Shown here: positions 1-11,848 of the stretch, piece after piece
Numbering within the stretch: the first letter of the stretch is position 1
Layout: each line of letters begins with the position of its first letter
Source: Thecamonas trahens ATCC 50062
Lineage: Eukaryota; Protista; Apusomonadida
DNA: 64,000 nt
Direction: 5' to 3'
NCBI RefSeq assembly: GCF_000142905.1
Contig: NW_013657662.1
Coordinates: forward strand, 463,021 to 527,020
Made by a program: the position numbers and the translations under genes
Notes under the pieces: generated by a model
The model's database searches: none
What the model saw: the letters and a program-made list of their open reading frames with translations, nothing else
Told to the model about the DNA's origin: nothing

Positions 1-1
1 G

Positions 2-850
2 CATCTACTCCACGTCTACCTCACAACCTCTCGAGTGGCGTTTTACCCTCCGGGTGGTACGTACACCAACGCGTCGCTCGTGGTTACACTTGAGGTCGAC
101 ACAGTCAATGCCACTATCTTCTACACCCTCGATGGATCTGAGCCGTCGTCGTCGAGCCGCAAGTACGTGGCACCACTCGTTCTCGACACCTTCCCGCACC
201 ACACCATCCGTGCATTTGCCACTTCGAACGTTCTTCAGCGCTCCCCGCTTTCAGAAGCCTCGTTTCACCTTGCTGCCATTCGGCAGACCGTGGTCATGGG
301 CCGCGGCGCTGGCGAGACTGACGTCGTGGCCGTTCTTGCCATCATTTCTCTTCTGTTGATCTTAATCCTTGCCGCCGGTGGCCTTTTGCTCTGGTGCCTC
401 CTCTCAGTGTTGCGGTCGAACGAAGTACTGGCGACCAAGGCATCGACGAACACCACGCCGCAGGCCTTGGACGCCAACAACGTCAAGGTCTGGTATCCAC
501 TCGGCATTGGCTCCCTTGGCGAGGTCTTCCGCGGCTGCTACAACGATGGCGCCGTTGCCCTCACCCTTTTGCAGCTCTCGTCGACGTGCACTGGCCTGCG
601 CATGGAGCGGGCAAACCTAGGCCGCGGCTCAGGCAACTCGTCGCCCAGCTGCGTCCTCAACGCATCTACTGGCTTTCTCACCGCCGAGCTTCCAGGGACC
701 TCGATGCTCGGCTCTATCAAGACCATGCAGCTGCCAAGGGTTGCCGTTACCGGCGACCCAAACTCGGCCAACGCCTCTCCGGATGCTACTGTGCCAGAGA
801 AGGCAGTGAGACGACAGACATTATTGCCGTCGTCGCTGTCATCGTCGTCA

Positions 851-882
<32 letters not shown>

Positions 883-3800
883 ATCGCCCGCAGGAAGCAA
901 TCACGATGGGCAGCAACGTGTGGCAGCCGGATCTGCGTCTGAGCAGTTTGAAGATGGTGCGAGCGACGACGACTCGATGGGTGCCCGCCGGCGTGAAAGG
1001 GTCGGCGAGTCTTCGCTTGCCACCTCTCGTCAGGGCTTGTTCGCTGGATACGATTCGATGGATGTCATGTCTGTCGATTTGATGGCGACAAGCCTTCCGC
1101 CTGAGCCCAACACACAGTTTATGACCGGAGGCATCTCGCTGGTGACTGGAGACAACACCAAGTGGATTCCGCTCGCACGGCTCACACCTTGCGTCACTGG
1201 TGAGTACCTTGTTTCGGAGCAGTTGCTGGCGATGCAGACTGCTCTCTCTGTCTTGGATCACCCGAACATCAATCGATTTGTGGGTGTGGTCCTCTCACCA
1301 CCGACACTCGTGACAGCGTACGTGCCCAATGGACGGCTGTTTGACCTTCTCCATGACATCTCCATTCCGTTGGAGCTTGGCATTCGGCTGCGGTGGGCAC
1401 ACGGAGTGGCCTCCGGCCTCTCGTACCTGCACGAGCACGGCATCGTGCATTCCAACTTGAAGTCGACATGCGTTCTGCTCTCGCCAGTATGGGAGCCTGT
1501 CATCACGGGATTTGGCGTTGATGGTCTCATGGACGTGGTTGGTGACACGATGACCACTTATGTGGCGTCGACCGCGAGTCTGTACTGGTCTGCGCCCGAG
1601 GTACTGGCCAACAAGGCAAACGTGTCTACAGCCTCTAACGTCTTCTCACTCGGCGTCATTCTGTGGGAGCTGCTCACTCGCGAGGACATGTATCCGAACG
1701 TGGCCCCGCAGACGGTTGCAGTTCGCGTTGTCGCCGGGGACCTACGCCTCGACACGTCGATGCTAGTCCGAGCTGCGGCGGGCCCGTCGGGCGTGCTTCC
1801 GCGCATAGGATCGACGCTTGAGCCGGCAAGCCAGAGCTCATTGTCGCTAACGCGCCTGCGGACCGCGGGATCTGCGACTGGAGCCACGAGCCAGGGCGGC
1901 GAGCGAGGTGGTGGTGACGGCTTGCCGGACCACAAGTCGATGGAGGCGTATGCCACGCTGCTCACACAACTGTGGGCAGAGGATACGCGAATGCGACCTG
2001 CGCTGCCGGACGTGATGGAGCGGCTGTCGTCGATGGCCATGTTCAACGTCTCACGGCCACCGGCGTTTGCCAGCCTTCGGCCGCGCGGTCGCGGCGTGGT
2101 TGTCATTGCTCGGGTCAACTCGGTGGTGACAGGCATGGCAACGGTCCCACATTCGTTCTCGGCCGCTCTCAAGATCTTCCACAATCTCTGCCGTGCCGCA
2201 GCGGCGACCTGTTCCGGTGTGTGTGTCGAGCAGACCATCGACTCGGTCACCATCACGTTCCTGCAGCGGTCGACTGCGCTGCGCTTCTTTTCCATGCTCC
2301 GCGACAAGCTGTACGCCACCAAATGGCCGTCTGGATTGCTCAAGTCGGAGCTTGGACGGCCGGTCATTTCAGCAACCGGCCTCGTCATCTCGCAGGGTCT
2401 GCAGGTTGACATGGTCATTGCTGCTGGGCGGCTGGTCTCGGTCAAGCAACCCGGAACGTGGCGCTGGAAGTGCGAGGGGCCCGCTATGGACGTTGCGATT
2501 GCGCTGCAAGCCCTGGTCTCGCCTGGCGGCTCGCTCGCGGTTGGTCTCGCCACCGACCCGAATATCAAAGGCTACAACGTCCGAGTGCTTCCGTCGCGAG
2601 ACGTCTCGCCGGCCCTTCTCAACTGCCGCATCGTGCAAATCATCAGCGAGCATGTCGACAAGACGAGCGGAACGCCTGCCGCGGCCATGTCTGGTATGGT
2701 CAAGCTGGTCCACACTCCGAGGCTGACCTCGGCACATAGCGTGGCGTTTGGCTCGCCATCACCGCTGCCTCAGATCACCACTGCACCCGCTCGTGTGCCT
2801 GCCTCGACCATGTCTGCTCCCACGTCTTCCGGCCATCCACCATATTTTGTTGAGGAAGAGGAGGAGGCTGAGGCATGGTGGTCGTTCTACGAGGAGCAGG
2901 AACAAGAGGAGAATGTGGCGGACGGGCGTCCACCCAGGGGCGGGTTCAAGGGCAAGGGCAAGGGCAAGAGCAAGAGCAAGAGCAAGGGCAAGGGTAAGGG
3001 TAAGGGCAAGGGCAAGGGCAAGGGCAAGGGCAAAGGCAAGGGCAAGGGCAAGGGCAAGGGCAAGGGCAAGGGCAAGGGCAAGGGCAAGGGCAAGGGCAAG
3101 ATAAGGTTGAAGGGCACGTTGCGACGTTCGACCTCGCTGGACACCTCGTACTCTACATACTCGAGCTACACGTACTCGACGAGCTATTTGGCGTATTCGA
3201 GCTCGTATAGGCGTGGCAGATCGAGCGTGACGTACACAACGTCGCTTGAAGACTGTTCTTCATCTGCCAATGTGAACCATCATCCAGTGATTTCGATGCC
3301 AAGTGGGCACACGCCACAGCACTCTGTGCTGCACAAGAGCGTTTCGCTGGCACTTGTTGCTGACTCGGATGCGGTGGTTCCCAAGGCTGCGCCGGCCAAG
3401 TTGTCGCGGGTCAAGGGCAAAGACAAGGGCAAAGACAAGGGCAAGGGCAAGGGCAAGGGCAAGGGCAAGCAGTTTCGCAAGCGCCGTGTGACGGACATAT
3501 CGTACTACTATGCTTCGTCGTACGTATACTCAACATACTCATACTCGTCATCATCGTTGTCATCGTCGTCGTCGTCATCATCGTCGTCGCTGTTTCGGCG
3601 GGCAGGCGAAGCGTCCGAGTTGGTGTCTTCCCGGATGGTTGGCGACATCCCCGCCTCGCAGGCCGTGGCTGCTCGAGCTGGCGACATGTACGCCTCGCAC
3701 GCAGTGACAGCCGGTGGAGGCGACATCCACGCCTCGCAGGCCGTGGCTGCTCGAGCTGGCGACATGTACGCCTCGCACGCAGTGACAGCCGGTGGAGGCG

Positions 3801-5683
3801 ACATCCACGCCTCGCAGGCCGTGGCTGCTCAAGCTGGCGACATGTACGCCTCGCACGCAGTGACAGCCGGTGGAGGCGACATCCACGCCTCGCGTCTCGC
3901 GCGCAGTGGTGGGCTCTTTGCATCAGAAGCTACTGCTTCGGAAGACAATCTGTCGGAGCAAACGTTTCTCTCCCGCCGGGCCGATGCGCCCCCGGCGTCG
4001 CTTGCGTTGTCGATGGTGTGCTCGCCAACAGCAACTGCGCCGCTGTTCCAGTCGGGTCTGAACATTCAGCTGACATCGATCCACGCCTCGCAAGTGGGCG
4101 CGAGTGGACCGCTTGAGTCTGGAGAGTCGAGCGAGGGACACCACAACTTGCTGATGCAAAGCTCCAAGGCGTCGTCGGACGTGGCGGCATCGCAGCAATC
4201 ATTCGGTCACGCTGCGAGTGTGACGGCGTCACCAAAGCCGCGGCTTGCGTCGGTGGAGCTATCAGTCTTTCGTGCGCTCGGCATTTCCGGCATAGGCATT
4301 CCCTCGTCGGGCATCGCGTCGTCTCCGGTCATGGGAGCGTCACCCAAGTCTGGGCTCCACTTTGATCGTCTGGCTGCAGCTGGGGTTGAGGGCCACGACG
4401 GGCTGCCGTCGATCATGATTCCTGATGCTTCGGTGTCAATGACTGGGTCAGTCACCGAGCATGGCAAGTCGGACGACGTGGCTGAAGTAGTCAAGTCCAG
4501 GTCTGGCGAGATGAGGGGCGGCTGTCTGCCGTCGGACTCAACGGCCTCAGTTGCGACAGTCTCGGGCCAGTCAGGCGACTCACAGACGTGCCGGTTGGAG
4601 CGTGTGCCCGAAGGGGGCGTGTTCTCATCGTCCGGGCCGCGCGCGCCGATCGTGTCCAACAAGTCGATGCGGTGGCTCATTCCGATGCGTAAGGTGGAAG
4701 CCATGCTACGCGATCGGCCTCACCAGTGGCCGAACCTGACGCTGGTCTCGTCATCGCCGCTGGGTACCTTTCTGGTTCGGCGCCACTTTCGCGACTTTAT
4801 GCCTGTGCGACTTGCGATCAACGCGTCGGCAGACGTGGTGCGGCTCAAGATGCTACGGTCGCGGCTCGAGCTGCCTAAAGTGGTCGGCGTTACGCTCGCG
4901 AGCTCGTTCATCTTTGTCATTTACCGGGTCAAGCAGCCGTCGACCGTCTACGCGCTGAAGGAGTGCTGCTTCTGTGGCCGGTGCAGAGGCGAGAAGCAGA
5001 TTCGCGAGGTCGCCTCAGGTGACTCGGTGTCGAGGAGGCAGGCCAACTTTGTGCGGAGCCACCCCCTGCTACGTCCAGATGGCGCCAACCACGCTGAAGG
5101 CGATATGGCCAACTCGATGAGCTCGTTGCCGTCTGACGATGTCTCAACAAGGTCGCTGCCCAAGAACAAGCTGGTCTGTCTCAATACGGTCCAACGCCGG
5201 CGAGTGGCGCTCACGGTAGTTTCTGCTCTTCTCCATTTGCACCAGTCGGGCACAATCCACGGCGCCCTGGGCATGTCAGCTATTGGCTACTGTGTGCGGA
5301 CCGGTCTCGCGGTCGTCATCGACTACGGTCTGCCGTCGCTCTTGCAGACGCTGGCATCAACAGCGTCCATCGGCAACGCACCGATCCTGGCACCTGAGGT
5401 TCTCAACGGTGGCGACTTTACCAAGGCTGCCGACATCTACTCGCTCGCCATGGTTCTGTACGAGATCCTTATGGGCGAGCCGCCGTACCCAGAGCACACT
5501 GCGATCGAGCGGGCACTCGCGCTCTCTTCGACGCCGATGGTCGAGTCGTTGGCCATGAAGTCCGTCCTCGTCAAACCGCTGCGACAACTGCTGGGCAAAT
5601 GCTGGGACATGCGGCCGAAGAAGCGCCCATCAGTCCAGCAGATCTACAAGTCGCTCACCAAGCTCAACGTCTGGTTCAAGTGA
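2..5683 (+). CDS. 5'-partial receptor-like TKL-type protein: Fn3-associated/CHB_HEX_C ectodomain, TM, pseudokinase, degenerate class III cyclase-like region, low-complexity linker, second pseudokinase
   Basis: The frame is open from the window start (HLLHVYLTTSRVAFYPPGGTY). The ectodomain motif is FYPPGGTY..TIFYTLDGSEP and the TM is VVAVLAIISLLLILILAAGGLLLWCLL. Kinase 1 motifs: GIGSLG, HPNINRF, VHSNLKS, TGFG, WSAPE, SNVFSLGVILWE, RP. Kinase 2 motifs: IHGALG, DYG, LAPE, DIYSLAMVLYE, CW..RP. The segment between them (VEQTIDSVTITF, GLQVDMVI..G, GPAMDVAIALQ) resembles a decayed cyclase fold. Confidence 0.85.
2947..3100 (+). repeat. (AAGGGC)n coding microsatellite encoding a Lys-Gly dipeptide run; a shorter second run lies at about 3413-3469
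   Basis: The hexamer repeat is directly visible and translates as KGKGKG... Confidence 0.95.
3641..3893 (+). repeat. Coding tandem repeat with a 78-nt unit (two related 39-nt subunits), about 3.2 copies
   Basis: GDI(P/H)ASQAVAA(R/Q)A-GDMYASHAVTAGG is repeated three times with near-identical DNA. Confidence 0.95.
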
Positions 5684-6160
5684 TAGCTGCACTCGGCCTG
5701 ATCGAGTTCCAAGCAGGAGCCGTAGCCGTAGCCGGAGCCGTAGCCGTAGCCGAAGCCGCTTCCAGCCGTAGTCACCCAAACACACCCACCTCCACCACCG
5801 TCACCCACCCTCTATCGAACTGCCGTCTCTCCTGCCCAGCCACACTACCATCACCGTATCGCTTTCCATCCGATCTCGCTCTCTGCCCAATCTCGCTCTC
5901 CGCCCGATCTCGCTCTCCGCTCACCCAACAAGCGTCATGTCCCAAAGCCACCACCACCGAATCTTTCTAGCTCACATTTTCAGCTTGCTGCTCATAGCGA
6001 TGCCGACAGCAGCGCTCCGCTCCGTCCCGCCCTCGTCCGCTCCTCTCATGATCCCCCTGCCACCGGGACCCCCTCTCCCCCCCAGCCCCCCAGGCTAAAC
6101 ACCCAACTAAGTCTGAGCATCTTTGGCAAACATAGTTGTGTGCGACAGCAGACAACAAGT

Positions 6161-7471
6161 ATGATGCTTGCAAGTGGGATTGCATGGGTGGGGAGCGTGG
6201 TAGCGGCGGCTATGTGCTTTGCTATCGGTTCCAATGATGTCTGTCAATCGTTGGCAGTGGGCTCTGGTGCGGTTGCCGTCTCGACAGCATTGGCTATGGG
6301 AGCTGTGGCAGAGTTCCTTGGTGTCGTTCTTATGGGTGGTGGTGTTGCTCGTGCTGTTAAGGAAGGCTTCGTTGTCTTGGATCTTTATGCCGATACTCCT
6401 ATCTTTCTCTCCCTTGGCATGTTTGCTACACTCGCTGCTGCTGCTCTCTGGCTCCTCGTCTCTACCTACGCTCAACTGCCGGTCTCTACCACACACTCGG
6501 TTGTTGGTGGTCTTGTTGGTTTCGCTTTGCTCACAAAGGGCTCCATCGCTCTCAAGGCTGGCTTCTTTTCAAACGTCGCCCTCTCTTGGGTCCTCTCGCC
6601 GGCTCTAGGCGCCGCTGCCTCCTTTGCCATCTTGAAGATCATCAACAGCCTCATCTTTGACGCTGGTGATCGTGGTGCTACTCTTCGTGCCCGCCGCTAT
6701 CTTCCGCCTATCAACGCTGCTACTGCGTGGATCATGGCTTTGTTTATTGCCTACAAGGGCTTGCCAAACCTCGGCTACTACCTGTCGTCCGCTCAGGCGC
6801 TCGGCGCATCGGCACTGATCGCTGCTGCCGTCTGGGCCCTCTCGCTCATCGGTGTGCTTCCGGCTGGGAGAGGCAACGGCTTGGGCAAGACGGTCTCGGC
6901 CTCGCTGCCCATCACGCTGGACGGATCGGCGCATGGTGCGGCCGAGAACGCTTTTGTGCCGCTGCTTGTTGTCACCGCCCTGCTTGTCGCATTCGCGCAC
7001 GGCTCCAATGACGTCTCCAACGGCGTCGGCTGTCTCCTTGTCATGCGCGAGGTTGCCGAGCACGGCCGTCTTCTCACTGCCGCCGACGTCTCACCTCCCA
7101 TTCCGTCGTGGATCATGGTCATGGGCGGGCTCTCGATCTCGGCTGGCCTGCTTGCGCTCGGAGCGCGGGTCATGGCCACCATGGGCTCGCGGATCACCAA
7201 GCTCACGCCGTCGCGCGGCTTTGCAGCGCAGTTGGCCACCTCGACAACCGTTCTTCTTGCCACCGCCCTCAACATGCCGGTCTCGTCGACCCACACCATG
7301 GTGGGCGCGGTGACCGGCCTCGCCCTCGCCTCGCGTGGCTCGGCGGCTGACATCAACTACGGCACCATCAAGAAGATCGTTGTCTCGTGGGTCATCACAC
7401 TTCCTATCGGCGCCGTCACAACTTTGGTCATCTTTTATCTGCTCAAGGCTCTCTTTTACACCTCGGGCTGA
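6161..7471 (+). CDS. PiT/PHO4-family inorganic phosphate transporter
   Basis: It has two PiT signatures (IGSNDVCQS, AHGSNDVSN), plus LPVSTTHSVVGG, TKLTPSRGFAAQL, MPVSSTHTMVGAV, and KKIVVSWVITLP. The ATG is at 6161. Confidence 0.95.
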   Translation: MMLASGIAWVGSVVAAAMCFAIGSNDVCQSLAVGSGAVAVSTALAMGAVAEFLGVVLMGGGVARAVKEGFVVLDLYADTPIFLSLGMFATLAAAALWLLVSTYAQLPVSTTHSVVGGLVGFALLTKGSIALKAGFFSNVALSWVLSPALGAAASFAILKIINSLIFDAGDRGATLRARRYLPPINAATAWIMALFIAYKGLPNLGYYLSSAQALGASALIAAAVWALSLIGVLPAGRGNGLGKTVSASLPITLDGSAHGAAENAFVPLLVVTALLVAFAHGSNDVSNGVGCLLVMREVAEHGRLLTAADVSPPIPSWIMVMGGLSISAGLLALGARVMATMGSRITKLTPSRGFAAQLATSTTVLLATALNMPVSSTHTMVGAVTGLALASRGSAADINYGTIKKIVVSWVITLPIGAVTTLVIFYLLKALFYTSG

Positions 7472-7475
7472 TGGC

Positions 7476-7784
7476 TTACTCGGTGGCCGGCGCGATGCGG
7501 GTCATCTTGTCGAGGCTGAACCTCTCCACGGCATCCTTGGTGGCCGCGCCAAAGGCTGCAAGATGCGGTGCTTTAGAGTGCGCCTCCAGCAGCTCTTCGG
7601 ACTCCCACGTCTCGTAGAAAACAAAGTGCTTGTCGTCGGCGTTGTCCACGTGCAGATCGTAGCCCAGGCAGCCGGCTTCGGCCAGAGTGATCGGGATGAG
7701 CTTCTCGAGCTCGGAGCGAACAAGCGCCTGCTGACCATCCTTGGCATGAATGTGAACAACAACAGTGACCGGCGAGGTGGTCAT
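7476..7784 (-). CDS. Antibiotic biosynthesis monooxygenase (ABM)/putative quinol monooxygenase family protein, 102 aa
   Basis: The translation MTTSPVTVVVHIHAKDG...TLAEAGCLGYDLH...FVFYETWESEELLEAHSKAPH matches the ABM/YgiN pattern. Confidence 0.9.
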   Translation of the reverse strand: MTTSPVTVVVHIHAKDGQQALVRSELEKLIPITLAEAGCLGYDLHVDNADDKHFVFYETWESEELLEAHSKAPHLAAFGAATKDAVERFSLDKMTRIAPATE

Positions 7785-8314
7785 GATGGGAAGGAGAGAG
7801 GAAGAAATGGAGTACCGACTGGGTTGGGACGAGCGGGAGAGTGAGCAGACATGAGCCGAATCAAATAGCGTCAAGAGTGATGATGACGTGATGTTTTCGT
7901 GCGGCGGAAAGCGTGCGGGGATTATCGCATGAGCAACGTACAGTGTATAGGTTGCGCCCATGCAACAGATGCCCTCACCCAAACGTCTACCTTCTCATCA
8001 AGCCCATATGGCCGACAAAGACCATCTGCGTTGGATTTGTTGTAGTTAAAGACTGATCGCTACATGGAACGATACATGGAACGATAAGATGGTACAGCCA
8101 ATAAAATCAGCCAGAGTCGAATTCGCCGTCGACGCGCAAACTGCGACCTTTTTTGGCCGGCAAACTTTGGTTTGGCGGTGCCGGCGACGGACACGACCAC
8201 TCGATGATTTCGGCGCGGGCGAGGGCACGGGCGAGGGCGAGGGCGGACGACTCTGGGCACACCTCACCCCCCTCCCCCCGGACCAGTAGGAGAGGGGAGA
8301 GGGGAGAGAAGCAG

Positions 8315-8353
<39 letters not shown>

Positions 8354-8575
8354 GCGAGCATGCGAAGAAGCAGGCTGCGTAAGCCACGGCAGTACCTGGC
8401 CTCGCCAGTCAAGGTACTGTCGCTGACCTCCACAACAACAACAGCAACGACGACAACAACCGCATCATCATTGTCATCGTCATCATTGTCATCGTCATCA
8501 ATGTTGTTGTCTGCCTCGGGAGCACCAATGAGGTTGTCTGGAGGAGAGGAGAACATATGTCCACAGACCTATGCC

Positions 8576-8638
8576 ATGACCAGGACCAAGCCCAAGACAG
8601 CCAAGGCCGAGGCTGACTCGCACGCGCCACTATCATTG

Positions 8639-8670
<32 letters not shown>

Positions 8671-10933
8671 GTCATCGTCATCGTCATCATCTGGGAATGC
8701 TCTCGTTCGGACTTGTACGGCTGGTGGCATTGGCTTGGGCAAAGAGAAAGGCCCTGATCCGTGCGTAGAGGTCATCTTGCTCTCGTCGCCGGAGTCCCCG
8801 CGAGGCACAGGATGCACGGCTTCCGTGTTGGCAAGCACCGGTGGTGAGCCAAGCTCGCCGGTACGTGCTCGATCGCAGTCGTCCGACTCGTTCCAGTGGT
8901 CGCCGGTGAGACAACCGATGCCAACGCGATCTCCGTCGTCCTCACCACCGCCAGCTGTCGCTTCCAACGAGCCGTTTGTCTGTCCGCTCTGCTCCAAGAC
9001 TCTGCCTAACGTCAGGAGCTACGTCGACCGCGCAGCACACGTCGCCTGCTGTGGCGACATGGATCTCGGCCTTCCGAGAGCAAAAACACCTTCTGCGGAA
9101 GCGTCGTGCATGTGCTCGATTTGTGGTGTCTCGCTCGACCATCTCACCCCAGCCCGGCGCACCATCCACGTCAACCGCTGTCTTGATCCGGAGCCGGCGG
9201 CGCGTGCTCCTGCGGCCATGAGGCCGGCCGGCATGGATCTGGCGCTGGAGGAGCCAGCGGCGACCGGGACGTCGATTGCCGACCCAGTGTGGGCCTGTCC
9301 GCTCTGCTTGCGGGACAAGTCGGATCTCGATTTTGTGTCGCGGCTGCAGCACCTCAAGGTCTGCGCAGGACGGAAGGGCATTTCTCCGCTCGGCGTCCGC
9401 GCGTTGGTGGCGGCAAACAACCGCAAGCGGGCACGCGACGAGAGTGGCGATGCGAGCCAAGCTGACGAAGCGCCGCTGGTCCAGACTCGCCTTGCTGCCA
9501 AGCGACGCAAGGGATCTGAGCAGGCGTTTGAGGCCATTGCAGCTCGCAAGGCGGCGGCCAAGGCGGCGCGGGTCCAGCGATCGCGGGTCGGTAAGACGCC
9601 CAAGTCTGCCTTTGAAGCCGACACACTAGCGGCCATGGCGCTCTCCAACTCACTCAACGGCGACAAGCACATGGACACTCTCATCCGCAAGCCTGCTGAT
9701 GCCCGCGAGTACATCACTGCCGTCTCGCCGCATGGCGCGTCGGTAGTGGCGAGTGTTCTGGCGGCGGGCGGGTCGCCGTCGCCGTCACCGTCGTCGACGA
9801 CGGCGGCACTTGCAGCGTCGGTCCTATCGCGCCCGCCGGCGCACCCAGTTGCCGCTACCTCGCCGTCGTCATGGACGCTTGCGGCAGCGGCCCAAGCGCC
9901 GGCTGCCGCGTACTACACCGAGCGCATCCGCTCGTCGGCGAGGCCGGCCGCAGCGAATGATCCCCCAGAGTCGGAGACCGACGCGCTTGACGCGCTCTGC
10001 GCGGCGGCTAGCAGCGAAAGCGACGACGAAGTCGACGCAGGCTACACTGCCGCAGAGAGTGTGACCGCGCTTGATGCGCTGTATGCCCGGCGGATGACCC
10101 ATCTCAACGCCAGCATCGAGGCTGCGCGCGCCCAGCTCCGCAAGCTCCAAGCCCAGCAGGATGACGAGGGCGAGCAGTATCGGGCAGCGCGGACGGCGCT
10201 GGCATCGAAGACGCCAGTTGATTCATTCCCGGCACCGCGAACCGAGTCTGAGTCTCAGCCTCAGCCTCAGCCTGTGGTAGTCGACGTCCCGACGGCAATG
10301 GTGACGCCGGCGCGAAGTGCGGTGCCGGCGCGGTTGGGACGGACGCCGCAGATTGCCACACCGCGGTCGCCATTTGATGGCGAGCCTGATTTCGAAGCGT
10401 ACTCGGACAAGGATCTGGTGGCCTTTCTGCGGAAGCATGGCATGGCGCGGGCGTCCAGGCGGGCGATGCTGACCTCGGCACGCGAGATCTGGCGCGCACT
10501 GAATGTGCCGCGGTTCAACGAGCGCATGGTGCAAAAGGCGCGCAATGCGGTGCGCGCCGCCGCTGTTGTCGGTGATGATGAATGCGCGCCGCCAGTACAA
10601 CCAGCTGTCCTCACCGCTGCTGACCAGATGGCCAGCCTTGAGCCACTGGTGGTTGCTGCCGTCTCCGGCAGCCACGAGCTCGCCGAGACCGTGGCGCGGC
10701 TCCAACCGCTTGGTCTCTCTGCAGTTGTCAACGCAGTCCGAGCTGCTGCCGCCGCGCAGCCCGGATCGGCCAATCCGCTCGAGGGCATTTCAGCTGCCGC
10801 TCTTCGCCGTACGGTTGCTGCTGTTCTCGTCACAAAGTGCGTTCTCTTTGCCGACGAGCACAAGCCATCGGGTCGTCGACACAAGCAGCGCAAGTCGGCT
10901 TCCTCCCGCTCATCGGCATCCCGACGTCAGTAG
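8576..10933 (+). CDS. SLX4: SLX4 structure-specific endonuclease scaffold (start uncertain; ORF open from 8153)
   Basis: UBZ4-type fingers CSICG...RRTIHVNRCLD and CPLC...SRLQHLKVCA, an MLR-like ADTLAAMALSNSL, a SAP-like PDFEAYSDKDLVAFLRKHGM..RRAML..AREIW, and a C-terminal SBD-like VLVTKCVLF, in the same order as animal SLX4. Confidence 0.85.
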
Positions 10934-11190
10934 CCCGATAGTGGCCTACCGGCTTCCCTGTACTGGAAACGTTACCATAGATATCACACTATCTGTTCGC
11001 GCTCGCGCTCGCAGCTGGAGAGCGCCTCGTCGATCATCGCCGTCCATGGTCGCAACTCCAGCTACAGCCGAATGTGTTCCGCTCCGCCCGCTCGCTCTCA
11101 CCGCCCACCCCGCCGGCCCAAGACCGAATCAAGTTCACACTCATCTCTCTCTCACTCACACACACACACACATCTCCCTTCTTGGTCATC

Positions 11191-11805
11191 ATGAGCTTTA
11201 TCGGACGTAGTGTTCTTCCTGGAGCTGCGCGTGCTGTGCGTAGCATCGGGCAGAGGAGCCAGGTGCGACTCGGCTCGAGGAGCAGCAGCAGCGGTGTGGG
11301 TGGTGGCAACGCTCGGGCCACCCAGTCTCGGAACAACGCTCTGTTGGCCCTGGCTCTTACGGGATTCGGTGTTGGAACGTATTGGTGGACTATGTCGGCA
11401 GTCTCAAATGTAGGTCTTCTTCTCCTTCTTCTATCTCTCTATCTAGCCTGTGCCTTGGGAGCTGCACCTTCTCTGCTCGGATCGAACGCCTGCTCGTGTC
11501 GCGTCATGCAGTTGGGATGAAGGCGGGGGGGAGGGGGGCAGGTGCCGGCATGACACGCACATGCACCGACTTGGCTCACTCACATACTATATATTGGGGA
11601 TGGAAACGGACTTGGAAATGCGGTTCGGGCCGGGATCGCTCGGAATGGCTTGTATCGGACGTGGTATTGGTTGGGGCGACCGGATCAATGGTGGACTCGA
11701 CCTGGGGTGGGTGGTGTGTAGAACGACTTTAACAAGGTTGATGAGATGGGCAACCTCATTGTTCCGGGATCGTCGGCAGCAGCTTCGTCGTCGTCATCGT
11801 CGTGA
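11191..11805 (+). CDS. COA3: COA3/CCDC56-like cytochrome c oxidase assembly factor, two exons (11191-11409, 11722-11805)
   Basis: An Arg-rich mitochondrial presequence precedes RNNALLALALTGFGVGTYWWTMSAVSN. A GTAGGT donor at 11410 and TAG acceptor at 11721 join it to NDFNKVDE..., which resembles the COA3 'Y.YT..AV.QD.F.DV' motif. The ORF track does not show the spliced product. Confidence 0.75.
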
Positions 11806-11848
11806 GTCTCAATGGCTTGAAGTTAGCCAATCGTTGTGATGTATGCGT

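Noticed and set aside
8316-8351. (GT)n, (TCA/TCG)n and poly-G/C tracts throughout the window as special elements
   Set aside because: These are ordinary microsatellites typical of the introns, intergenic DNA and poly-Ser linkers here.
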